Below are positions 12,161 through 23,486 of a stretch of DNA of 64,000 bases, piece by piece. The stretch is from Lama guanicoe (lineage: Eukaryota): positions 870,001 through 934,000 of the forward strand of contig MU053431.1 of NCBI GenBank assembly GCA_013239625.1. Reading direction: 5' to 3'. A program made the position numbers and the translations under genes. Positions within the stretch are counted from its first letter, which is position 1; every line of letters starts with the position of its first letter. The notes under the pieces are model-generated. The model was not told the origin of the DNA. It was given only the letters and a program-made list of their open reading frames with translations, and made no database searches.

Positions 12161-13800
12161 GCTTGGAAGGATCCAGAAAATGCTCTGGTCCCCATGACAT
12201 CCTGATGGTAACGACTGTGCGCACCCAGACCTGGGAGGCCAGGCTGCGGGGCCGTTTCTCCAGCCCACCTGCTGCCCAGTCCCTCCAAGAACACCATCCT
12301 CAGACCATCTGCGCAGGAGCGGTCCAGCCCACCTAGGGCACGCGAAGCAGGTGCACATCCTGCCGCCACCCCCGCCGGCCTGGTGCGCAGTCTGTTGTTC
12401 AGCCCACGCCAGGCACAGCCCCGGAGCCACTTGGCTCGTGTGCTGGTCTCCCCCCAGCTCAGCCCTCCCAGGGTGCGGGCTCAGAGCCCCACAGGCCAGG
12501 CAGAGGCACCAGAGGGGTGATTGATCCCGCCTGTGGCCCCACGTCCGCCCTGGGATGCGCCCCCTGGGGCTGGACCCCCCAGCACTGGGGAGGGTGTGAC
12601 AGGAGTCTAGCGGTTTTCTTGATGTACTTTTTAATACTACTTAAATCTTTAAGCTCGGTGAAAATTATCTTGATAAAAGTACTCATTGAAATACGGAACA
12701 TCTAGGAAGACTTGGAATGAAGCCTCTTTGGGGTGGGGGGGGCGGTTTCCTTTGGGAGGCGGGAGGCTGGCAGGGTCTTTCCCTGGTCTGGGCGGCGGTT
12801 TCCAGGTGGGTTTGTGAAAACCCGCTGCATCTGCACCCTTGACGACCTCCGTGCTTTCTTGCACGTATTATATGCTTTCCTAGACACGCGGGTTTTGAAA
12901 CAGAGGCTTTTGGAGGTGGGCCCGAGGTGACCTGGAGTGCCCCTGATGTGCAGACAGGACTGAACTGGAAGCCTGTGCCCCGTTCTGGCCGTGCCGCCCT
13001 GAGACGCGGCCCTTCTCACGAGTCCCGTCTTGTTCTTCAGCGAGGTGTTGCATTGCAGGGTTGTGTTATTTTTCTTTTCTTGTTTAAAGTGTTGATGTGT
13101 GGAATTTAAACATTTAAACTCACTGCAGTTTCTGTTAGGAGAAGAAATAATTTCTGCCCGAGGAGGGGCCCCCACCTGGTTGGCGTCGGGGCGGGCAGTG
13201 CCTGCTGGGCACCGGCACCTGCCCCGGGAAGCGGCGGCGGAGCGGGCGGGCGAAGAGACGGAGGGGTGATGGGAGTCTCACAAGTTTCAGGGTTCAGGGA
13301 CCAGGTCACCGAGACATCCTGTAAAAGCCTGGCCATGTCGCTGTTACTGTTTTTCAAGCACGCTTCGTCCACAGGAAGGACTTTTCACCGGGGCCAGGGC
13401 TTCCTGTGGGATGGGAACCAGGGCTTGGACAGTGGCTGGCTCTGCCCACCGTGTGCTGCGGAAGCTGGAGCTCGGCTGTCAGGAGCGAGCATCCAGGAGC
13501 TCTTTCTGCAGGACTTGCTGGCTGTTTACGTTCACAAAGATTCGCGTTCTCATATTAGCATTGAATGAGCATCCAAGTGGATCAGTCTTGCTTATTTATC
13601 TTGGAATTGATGAGGCACCTCGAAAGATTTCCAGCTTTAAATATTGACGGAGGCTTGCTTTTTGCATTACGATAGATTTGCATCCTGGATTTTCACAGCG
13701 GAGGTAGAGGAGAGATGATGCTCCCAAGGGTGCTATTCACAAACGAAGATCAGAATAATGTTACTTGAGACGTATAGGGGTAAAGCGAGCAGGAAGGGCT

Positions 13801-14198
13801 TGGCATCAGTGGGGTTCTCAAGAGAAAGAAAACCAACAGGATGTGTGTGGAGAGAGGGGCTGACCTTGGCTTTGGCTCACGTGATGATGGGGGCCCGCAA
13901 GTCTGAAATCTGCAGAGCAGGTTGGAGGCCCAGGGAAGAGCGGCTCCGATGGATGGTGCAGTTGCATCGGAAGGCAGTCTGCTGGCAGAATTCTCCCTTC
14001 ACCGAGGGAACGCCATCTTTTCTCTGTTAAGGTCTCAACTGATTGGGTGAGGCCTACCCACATCATGGAGGGCCTTGTGCTTTGTTCAGAGTCTACTGAT
14101 TTCAGTGTTAGTCTCACCCCCCGAATTCCTTCAGCTGGAGACTGGTGCTGGATGGAATATCTGGCCAAGCCGAGCTGACCCGCGACACTAGCCACCCA
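13801..14198 (-). mobile_element. ERVL solo LTR (MLT2-type)
   Basis: 'gggttctcaagagaaagaaaaccaacagga', 'ttggctcacgtgatgatggggg...caagtctgaaatctgcag' and 'tcaactgattgggtgaggcctacccacatcatggaggg'. Confidence 0.9.
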
Positions 14199-15224
14199 AG
14201 ACTTGGTCTGCTTCCATGGGTTCACTAATGGCCGAGGTTGGAGAAACCACTTGCCTCTTGAGAAAAATAAGCAGTGTTGCTCTGCTTGAGCCACTGAAAC
14301 TTGATTTAGTAAGAAGAATGGCACCCACCGAAGGGCGAGGGCAGCCTTCCTCCCCTGCCTGCAGCCTCAGGGGACTCCTGTGCTTTCAAGCTCCAGAAAG
14401 CCCCAACCGTGGCCCAGAGCCCGCCTCCCCGTGTGGTGACCCCAGGCCTTTTGTGTAAACAGGGGAGGCGTACCCCCCCCCGAGGCTGGACACCCATGCC
14501 TGGGGCCAGTGGAATCCAGCTGAGCAAGCGTTCATTTTGCCATGTTTCTCGGGCGGCGTCCATTCTGTCCTGACGCCTTTCAGGTGCAGTTTCCAGGAAA
14601 GCATTGGCAGGGTTCCAGACTGCCGTTCTCGCTACGATTCGTCCTCGCTCTTGGAAAAGGTAGGCACGCGTCCATTTTCCTGTGGGTTTTCTTGCCATGC
14701 ACGTGTTGTGCGGGCTTCTGTTCAGAAGTGATGGGGAGCAGGGGTCACGGTTCCCAAGGGTGAGCCGTGCTCACTGAGCGTCCCCTGTGCTGCAGGTACG
14801 TTGCCAAGCACCCCTGAAGTCAGGTGTGGCTGTGAGTCTAGTTCTGGCTGGTGGCCAGTGGGCAGAGGTGACATTTGTCATGCAGTGGCCATGGGTTCCT
14901 ACCAGTGGGCGGTCCCTGCAGTGGTGAGGAGTCCACAGGTTCCAGGCCCATTGGTGGCACAGGCGTGGCTCCTGCGGCATCGATGTGTCATGGGCGACCC
15001 AGACATGTCAGAGGCAGTCTGCGCAGGCTGGAGAGCTCCTCTGCATCTGCCCTGGCTGTTCAGCTCTGCAGCGCAGAATGGGTTTTATACTAACGGGTGT
15101 CTGCAGAGAATTTCGGCCCTAAGGCATGCACGTGTCCTACCTGATGGGTGTTAGACCAATTCACAGATGGAAAATGGAAAAGGCTAAGCCACATTTTCAC
15201 TGGTTGCCATGGTGGAGTCTGTTG

Positions 15225-15715
15225 GAGAGCATCCTTTTCCCCTTTCTTCCTTATTTATAGATCCACAAGTTCACTCAGGACAAATAATCTACCAGCCAGA
15301 AGACTTGTTTCCCAGGCTCCCTCGTAGCCAGGTGTCACCACAGGGCTGAGTTCTGCCCAATGCAATTATGCAGAACACTTTCGTGGGACTTTTGGAAACT
15401 TGCCTTTTTTTTTTTTTGCGAATTTCCCCTTATGCCTCCCCCTCAGCCTCCTTCCTTCCTCCTTTCTTCCCGTGTAGAATATAGAAGTGATGGCTGGAAG
15501 TCCAGCAGCCGTCCTGGACCATGAAGGGACTCTGAAACTGGAAGCCACATGTACACGGGGCAGAGACACAGAGGAGGCTGAGTCTCCACCACTCTGCCGT
15601 CCCCTGTTGTCCCCTGGATTGCCCATCTCTGGGCTTCATTTACATAAGCAAAGACAGCTTTACAAGCCTGAGGTTGTGTCTGCGTGTATGGTCAGCTGAG
15701 GCCTGATGCAGCCTT
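15225..15715 (+). mobile_element. Old MaLR LTR (MLT1J/I-like)
   Basis: 'tttcccaggctccctcgtagccaggtgtcacca...gagttctgcccaatg' and 'gtgatggctggaagtccagcagccgtcctggaccatga'. Confidence 0.8.
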
Positions 15716-17729
15716 TCCTACTGGCTAACTTACTTTTTCTGGACCTGGGGAGTGTGGGGGCGGGGACGGGGGTGGCAATGGCCCCGGTTGTTGCTTCACT
15801 CATCTTGGGTTGTTGTCATGCTCTGTGTCGTGTGTCACCTCTCTAGAAGTCAGGACACTCTGGAAAGTGACCACTTTGTGCCACCCCCTGTGCCCGCCCT
15901 TATGGGTGCAATGACTCTAATCACATGATCTCTTGGAAACTGGGTAAGCCGAGTCCAGAGAACGGGAAGGGACCCTTTTCCACATCCCTTATTTCTGCCC
16001 AGATCTCGGGGTGTCACTTTCTGAGGCGCCCTCCGGGGCCATGTGCCTACGTGTGGCTGTTTTCCCTCACAGGTTCCCGTCTCGGCATCTTTTTTCCCGT
16101 GGCTTCTGCCTGTGATCTGGGTTGCATGGGACACCTTTTTCTGAACAGATAACAATAAATCTTACATTGTCTTTATCCAAACCCAAAAGGCAGTGGGGAA
16201 GCCACAGCTTTGGCTGTGGAGTAGCTCCCCCTTTATCTAAATACAAGACGGATGGCAGGACAGTTTATCAGGAAAAATCTGGAAATCGCAATGTGCGGTC
16301 TTCAGCTCATGTAAATATCTCCACGCGTTATTCTTAATTAATTACATTTTATTGAAGCAATTAGGTGACTGACAACCTCAGTTAAGGACTAACGAGAGGA
16401 CCTCGTGCCTTCACGTGCTGCTGCTCCGAGGTGCGGCGGGCGTCCCGGGGGCTGGGGGCCGGGCACCGGGCGGGGAGGACCTGCATGTGCTGCCGGGGAA
16501 GCCACGGGCGGGGGCCCAGGACCGCGGCTCCCACCGCCCCGTCCACACATGCTTCCCCGCTGCTCAGGGAAAGAGGCCCTGCTCTTTCCCCCTTCAGTCC
16601 TCTGCTCTTTTTCTGTTTGTTTTAATTTCCTAAACCAGTGAGGACAGCTGGTGAAGTCCTGAGCAGTGGCGCTTCCCTGGAAGCTGAGTTCATTTGTCTA
16701 ACGGTCACACCTTTCACTCGCCCCACGATGGTAGCGTGGCTTTGTGTCGAGGCCTCAGGTAGATTTCACGCCTCCTGCCTTTTCTGAGATGCCGGGTGGC
16801 CCTAGAAGCAGCCAGCGCACCGGGCCCTGACCTGGGGCTCCGGGTCTTAACTGTGATCACGACGGGCAGAGGGGGAGGCGTGGTTATTCTCGGCGTGGCT
16901 TAGATAAAGGAAGGGAGCCCACGTGGACGGGGCTTCGGATGGAAATAGTACCCTGTTTTCTTATGGCCGAACTTCCTGCTAGTCTGAGTCCTCTCCTAAG
17001 GGAGATGCCCGGTATCCGGGGCTTCAGGGATCTGCGGCGGGGTCGGGGGAGCGCTCGTTCCTTTCAGAAAGAACGTCGTTGAGAAAACCGGGCAACGTTT
17101 CCAGCGTCGTCCCAGATACGTCATCCAAATGCCTCCTCCGGCCTGGTGTGGCCTCGTGAGCACGCTGAGAACTCTGCTCCTCTGTCTCTTGCATCTGCCT
17201 CCCCAGGGGGTGCAGGAGCTCGGGTCCCACTTCCCAGAGGCCATGCCGACCTCGCTCCCCTCCGCTGCCCTCCTCGGCCCGGCCATTCCCTCTCACTCTG
17301 TCCTGTGAAGACGTGCTGCTTCCACACCCCTCATTCAGGAGATGCCCGCACTTCCTCAGAGTGCTTTGGGATCACCCACCCCTGTGCAGTGGAGTTGCCC
17401 CGCGTGGCCAGAGTCCCACATCCCAGAGACAGACCTCGGTGTCTGCTTAGGATCTTAGGGACTGAGAGCAACCCTGTCTCAGAAAGTGAGGAATAGGAGA
17501 TCAGAGTGGAGGGACCCCCCACACAGCCACGCCCCGACCCCCGTGTTCATGTCGTTAAACTCGTTAATGTTCTCACCGCTGAGAGATCTGAGGCTGAAGT
17601 ATGAGAATGATCCAAGGATCCAAGTCCTGGTAGTTGTTCAAATAAACAGTTCTCAGTGAAGAAGTGGTCAGGTTGTGGTTAAAAGTCGTGATGACGTGAG
17701 CAACTGCCCTCTTAGCAACACCTCATGAA

Positions 17730-18126
17730 TAGTGCTGGAAATCAGTGCAGACACTTTGGACGAGGGCTTGCCAGCTTTCCCTAAAACCAAGCAGAAATTT
17801 CTTTGTGAAGTTCTCTAGAAATGCTTTTCCTGGGTATAGTCCCAGGAGAAATGAGTGCATGTATCACAACGAAAACATTAGTTTTAAAAATGTTCAGAAT
17901 GTCCACAGAAGCTTTATTCATAGTGCCTTAAGATCGGGAGCTCCCCACTGTGCACACGTAGGACAGTGGGGATAAAGACCAGGGCAGGTCCATACCGCGG
18001 GGCGGAGCTGCTCACGGGGACACTGGTGAGGGTCAGTGATGGTGCGCTGAGCAAACGGAGCCACACTCAAAGGGCACGCGCCAACCCCTCCAGTCACGTG
18101 ACGTTTATGAACAGACCAAACTAACC
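17730..18126 (+). mobile_element. L1ME-type 3' region, part 1 (interrupted by MLT1)
   Basis: 'cctgggtatagtcccaggagaaatgagtgcatgtatcac...aatgtccacagaagctttattcatagtgcc...gaacagaccaaactaacc'. Confidence 0.75.
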
Positions 18127-18548
18127 ATCCCTGTTTCCTGTGGCCGCTGTGACACATTGGTACAGACTGAGTGGCTCAAACACCTACATTGATTCCTACC
18201 GTTCTGGGGGTTAGATGTCCAAAGCAGGTCACGGGGTCCTGCTCCTTTGCGGGCTCCAGGGGAGAATTGTTTCCTGGCCTTTCCAGCACCTAGAGGCTTC
18301 CAGGCTCCTTGGCTCCCAGCCCCACATCACTCCATCTGGGGCTTCTGCCACCGCGTGTCCCTCTCTGATTCTGCCTCCTTCTTACAAGGACCCTTGTAAT
18401 TACACTGGGCCTGGCTAGAATTCAGGATAATTTCCCATCTCAAAGTTATTGGCGTCTGCAAGGCCCTTTTGTTCTGTAGTCACATCTTCACAGGTTCTGG
18501 GGACCAGGACGTGGACATGGTTGGGGGCCCTGATTCTGCCGCCCACAC
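18127..18548 (-). mobile_element. MaLR solo LTR (MLT1C/D-like) nested in L1ME
   Basis: 'ctccaggggagaattgtttcctggcctttccagcacctagaggc', 'cttacaaggacccttgtaattacactgggcc...ggataatttcccatctcaa' and 'caggttctggggaccaggacgtggacat'. Confidence 0.9.
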
Positions 18549-18772
18549 TGGTTGACGACAGTGGGATTGTGGGCTGCTCGGGGGCTGTTGCCTGTGAACG
18601 GGCGGGAGGCAGTGTTCTGGGATGCTGGCCACGTTGGCGATCTGCACCCCGGTGTCATCTACCCGGGCACATGTGGCTGTGAAAACAATCAGGCTGCCAC
18701 CTGAAAACCAGTGCACAGTATTACTGTATCCATGTTACATACTGGTGCACGTTTTTTAAAAAAGAAAAAAAT
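18549..18772 (+). mobile_element. L1ME-type 3' end, part 2
   Basis: 'ttctgggatgctggccacgtt...gtgaaaacaatcaggctg...tgttacatact' followed by an A-rich tail. Confidence 0.65.
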
Positions 18773-20009
18773 TGAGGTCAGCCTCCCGCCAGATTCTGCA
18801 CTGGGTGCAGCTGACACTCGCATGGCGGCAGGATGAACGGGGAAGAGCCAGGTTCCGGTGTTCATTCACCCTGGCGGAGCTCGGGGTCTGGGGCTCAGGG
18901 TGGGTGGGGAATGGGGTGACATCCTGCTTTACGGACCATCTTTCCTCCCGTTTCATGCTGCTTGCAAATGCTTCTGAGGGGTGGGATAACCTGTTGTTTC
19001 AGGGGGCTCCTGACGGCCTGCAGAGCTGAACAAAGGTCTCTGTGGTCGTTAGTGCCCCCGGCCCCTCACGTGTCTCCAAGCAGGCCAGCCAGATGGCGGC
19101 CAGGGGCGCGAGCCCACTGGGACCACACACAGAACCTGTGCCTCTGAGGACACCGACTCCCACTGGCTTCCCCACTCCTGAACCTGGCATTTGAAGTCCA
19201 AATCGAGCAGGATAGAAGACCGCCGGGCGGTCGCATCAGAAGGAAGGCCGCGTGGACACTTACACGATGTTCTTGCCTTCCAAACCCAGCGCGGACTGCG
19301 CGGACGCAGAGGGCTTCACGGTCCAGCGCGGCCTTGGAACAGCCTGCGGGCACCTCGGGGAGCGAGGCCTTGACCTTGGGCTGCTCCCTCATCTGATACC
19401 AGAGTCAGAACCATCAGACATCGAAACAGCTGGGATTCGGAGGGAGACGCACCCTGCCCCCGGAACGCTTTTTAAATAACTTCCATTTTGAAAGGGTTTC
19501 CTCCCTCCCCATACGGAACTAAAATGTGTTCTTCACAGATAAATATTTCAGACCAGACCAACTCATCTGGATCAAATGTTACCTTTTTAAAGATGCAAAT
19601 TGAAAATTAAGCATCAAAACACAAGTGTTCTCCGGGGCCCAGGACGGGCTTCAGCTCAGCCAGTGCACGTCGGAAAGAGGGCCCACGGCTGCCACCAACC
19701 TGGGGTGGAGCTCACTGTGTGCTACTGCGTCACCTCGTGTACTTCAGAGTTGCTTTAAAGAAGAAACAGGGTAAGAACCACGAAGCACAGCTCAAGCAGG
19801 TGAAAGCTGCCATGTGTGAGAGACAAGCCCCAGGAATCCTTCCGGAAAGACCTTAGCAACTCTAGCATGGCAACTTCCCTGTGGCCCTGAAATGCCATTT
19901 ATTTTTTAATGTTCCCAATTTAGAAACTTTGAGAGGGGATCCATCAAAGCTACCAAGGGTGTAACATTAAGTAGCTAAGAATGTTCGGTGCTTTAGAGAA
20001 CTAATCATC

Positions 20010-20215
20010 GTAGTTAGTGTCCGGGAGCTTTTAGCACCACAGGCTCCCTGCCCAGACCTTGCATGGGTGTCATGTCATCCCCTTGTCCCAGATAAGAACT
20101 AGGAAACTCAGGGAAGTGAAGCAGCTTGCTCAAGGGCACACAGCTCAGGGCTGAGCAGGAGTCTCAACCAGTTAGTCTAAGTCCTGAGATCAGGTGGCTT
20201 CCGCTCCTACACTGA
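20010..20215 (-). mobile_element. MIR SINE
   Basis: 'aggaaactcagggaagtgaagcagcttgctcaagggcacacagct'. Confidence 0.75.
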
Positions 20216-20349
20216 GGCCAGACAGGCTGCAGTTGTAGGGAAGCCTGGAGACACTTTAATGCCTTTCCTTTAAGTTTTTGTAAAAGAATACCTGTGACCA
20301 TCCATCCACACATTAACTCAGCTGCCTGTCCATTTCCTCCCCAGTGCAT

Positions 20350-21120
20350 GCATGCATCCACCCACCCACCCACCCACCCATCCATCCATCTATCCANNNN
20401 NNNNNNNNNNNNNNNNNNNNNNNNNNNNNNNNNNNNNNNNNNNNNNNNNNNNNNNNNNNNNNNNNNNNNNNNNNNNNNNNNNNNNNNNNNNNNNNNNNNN
20501 NNNNNNNNNNNNNNNNNNNNNNNNNNNNNNNNNNNNNNNNNNNNNNNNNNNNNNNNNNNNNNNNNNNNNNNNNNNNNNNNNNNNNNNNNNNNNCACCCAC
20601 CCATCCATCCACCTATCCATCCACCATCCATCCATCCATTCATCCACCATCCATCTATCCTCCATCCATCCATCCATCCTCCATCCACCCATCCATCCAC
20701 CATCTATCCAGCCACCATCCATCCATCCATCCATCCACCATCCCTCCATCCATTCATCCACCATCCATCCTCCATCCACCCATCCATCCACCATCTATCT
20801 ATCCAGCCACCATCCATCCATCCATCCACCATCCATCCATCCACCATCTATCTATCCAGCCACCATCCATCCATCCATCCATCCACCATCCATCCATCCA
20901 TTCATCCACCATCCATCCATCCAGTCATCCACCATCCATCCATCCACTCACCCACCCATGTACCTATCCATTCACTTATCCATCCACTTCTATCCACACA
21001 CCCACCCCCTGATGCATTCATCTATCCAGTTACCCATTCCTCCACCCCCCCACCCATGCATCCATCCATCAACCCATTCATTCATCCACCCATCCATCCA
21101 CTTATCATCCACCCATCCTT
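20350..21120. repeat. (CCAT)n / (CCAC)n simple repeat array spanning an assembly gap (N 20397-20593)
   Basis: Directly visible tetranucleotide array; it produces the IHPS/MDGW pseudo-ORFs. Confidence 0.97.
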
Positions 21121-21192
21121 CCTAGGTATTGGGGATTCTGCATCAACAATGCTAACAAAGTCTCTGCTTTCATGAATCTTGTGTTCTTATTG
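21121..21192 (-). mobile_element. L2 3'-proximal fragment
   Basis: 'ctaggtattggggattctgcatcaacaa...aaagtctctgctttcatgaatcttgtgttct' resembles antisense L2. Confidence 0.65.
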
Positions 21193-22171
21193 TTCACTCT
21201 TCACCACCCTGTACCACCATCACAACGGGAGGCTGTGCAGTGTCCTGCTAAGGCTTTTTAGGCTCACCTAGTGTGAGTCTGACTTCAGAACTGCATCGGT
21301 CACTGCCGTGTGAGGGTAGCTGCACTCCGAGATGTAAAGACCGTGGCAGAGATTGCGCCTACATAATTGCCTTGGCACAGCAAGTGAGACTCTCTCATCG
21401 TCTTTATTTGACTTTGCAAACAGGCAGCATTCCCACGGGGTCAGACGGCCGAGCTTCCACACAGAGGCTCAGCTGCTGGCTGGGCGCACGGTGTCACCAC
21501 TTCAAAGATGCCACCAGCAGCAGCCGCTCCGACACAGCCCGCCATGTGCTCTGCGTCTCTGCTGAGCAGCTACTTCATGAGTGCTCTCTGGTGCAGAGCA
21601 TGTTTTCAGCTAAAGAAAGAAATAAAAATAAAAATAGAGTGAGCGGTGAGTGCGGGCCTGGAAGGGAAGGAGCAGTGGATGGTGGGGCCAGTGTGTGGCA
21701 GGGGTGTGTCAACACGTGGACGGAACACTGCAGGCAGCTGCTGGTATGGGCAGGAGGGATGGCGGCTCAGGCACACACCGGCCAGGCCTGCAGGAAGTCT
21801 GGCTGCTGGCCCACTCCCTGCTCAGCGTGGTCTGGCAGGAGGACCGTGGATGAGGCGACTTCTCAGTGTGACCAAAGCTACATGACTTCACCTCTCCGAG
21901 CCTCCTGCCTCGTCCAAAAAGAGGTGAATAAGTTCCCCCAGCCCTGAAAGCAGAAGACCCTGGCCTCTGCCTGTCCCCCAACCCAGCGCCAGTGAAGAGC
22001 TTTGGCCGCTGATACGAGCGAGCCTCGCTGCAGGCACCGGCCACTTCCTCTTCCGCTTGCCCCTGCCTGGCTCATCAACAAATCCTGGGAGGCAGCTGAG
22101 TATCTGTCTTCAGTCTAGTCTGTACCAAGGGGAATTTCAGTGAATGGTAACAAGAAAATCTGGGCATGAAC

Positions 22172-22364
22172 CAGTGGTGACCGCAGCTGGCTTGTAACCC
22201 CTCCCCAGAGCCAGGGCCATCTCTCCCCGACTCTGATCATTAATGGCACGTTGGGGCTTGAAACTGGCCCCTGCGGGAGCAGCTACATCGTGGAAACTGG
22301 CAAATGCTACAAACCAGCCTCCTGCGCAGAAAGCCGGATGTCAGTGTCCACCAGCACCCCACTG
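22172..22364. mobile_element. MER63A-like hAT DNA transposon (MITE)
   Basis: Terminal 'cagtggtg' ... 'ccagcaccccactg' and internal 'gcttgaaactggcc...ggaaactggcaaatgctacaaacc'. Confidence 0.8.
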
Positions 22365-23249
22365 GCTTGGCCGCCTGGGGTCTCGAGTCCTTGCATGGCA
22401 TCCTTGGCATGACATTCAAGTCCCCTTCTGTTTTTCTGACTCAACTCAAAGTGACTAAAGAACAAGAGAAAGGGGGGTGGGGAAGGGGTTTATTGGCTCA
22501 CAGGACGACTTTCCACGTGTTGCCCCTTCCCTAGATCCAGGGGCCCCAACTGGCCTCAGACTGGTCTGGCTCCACCCCCACCCCCGAGCCCGCTCAGCAG
22601 GCAGGGCAGTGCCTTGTCCCTGCCCTTGGGCAGCTCATGCCACTTGCTGCAACGCGAGACCGTCTTGGGAGGAGAGGGTGTCCGAGGGCCCCTGTGTGTC
22701 TTGCAAGCCTGAGGCAGAGACATGTCCAGCCCACTGTCACGCCAGCTTGTTACAGCCGCTGTCACCGGCAAGCTCCGGGCAAAGCGTGATCTGATCCGCG
22801 TCTCGCAAGGGCAGCAGTAAGCCCTGCGGCCATGCCAGGGTCGCGGGTGGGGCTGCTCTGCCGTGGCCAGGGGGCTCCTCTTGTCCGCCGTGCAGGAATT
22901 AGTGTTTCTCAGAACCATAATTCTGATTAGAGCCACAGTCAGAAGTTTCTCTGGTGGGAGAGGACTTTGAAAAGCCTACCTCTGTCTCCTTGTTAGAGTC
23001 AGCAGGTCTCCTGCAAGTCTGGTGAGCGGCTGGGCCGGACCCACGGCCCCAGTGAACGCCTGCTCAAGGACCGGAGCAAAGGCCCGTTGCCAGGTGTGCA
23101 TCAGTGCCGGGAGCCCCTCACCAGCCAGGCTTGGGGCATCGAGGGCTTAAGTCCCTCCTGGTGGCTCTCGGGCCCAGAGGAGGCGGGGCCATCTGCCAGC
23201 TGGAAGTTTCAGTACCGCTGGGAGCTGGGTGGTGTTCAGAGTCCCCTCC

Positions 23250-23385
23250 AGCAGTGATTCTCAAAGCAGGGTTCTGGGCCAGTGCCATCAGCATCACCCA
23301 GAAAATGTTGGAAACTCACATTCTCAGCCCCACTGAGACCTACTGAATCAGAACCTCGGGGGGTGGGCAGAGATCCGAGTGTACC
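23250..23385. mobile_element. MER5A fragment
   Basis: 'cagtgattctcaaagc...catcagcatcacccag...attctcagccccactgagacctactgaatcagaacctc'. Confidence 0.85.
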
Positions 23386-23486
23386 CCACCCTGCAGCGCC
23401 ACCCAGCCAAGAGTGATGCCCCCACACAGCAACTTCAGCTGTCCTCATAGCCACATCCGAAAAAGGAAAAGAAACTGTTGAAACTG

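Noticed and set aside
20164..21175. Long ORFs (up to 293 aa) rich in IHPS/MDGW
   Set aside because: Translations of the (CCAT)n repeat and an N gap, open in several frames; not genes
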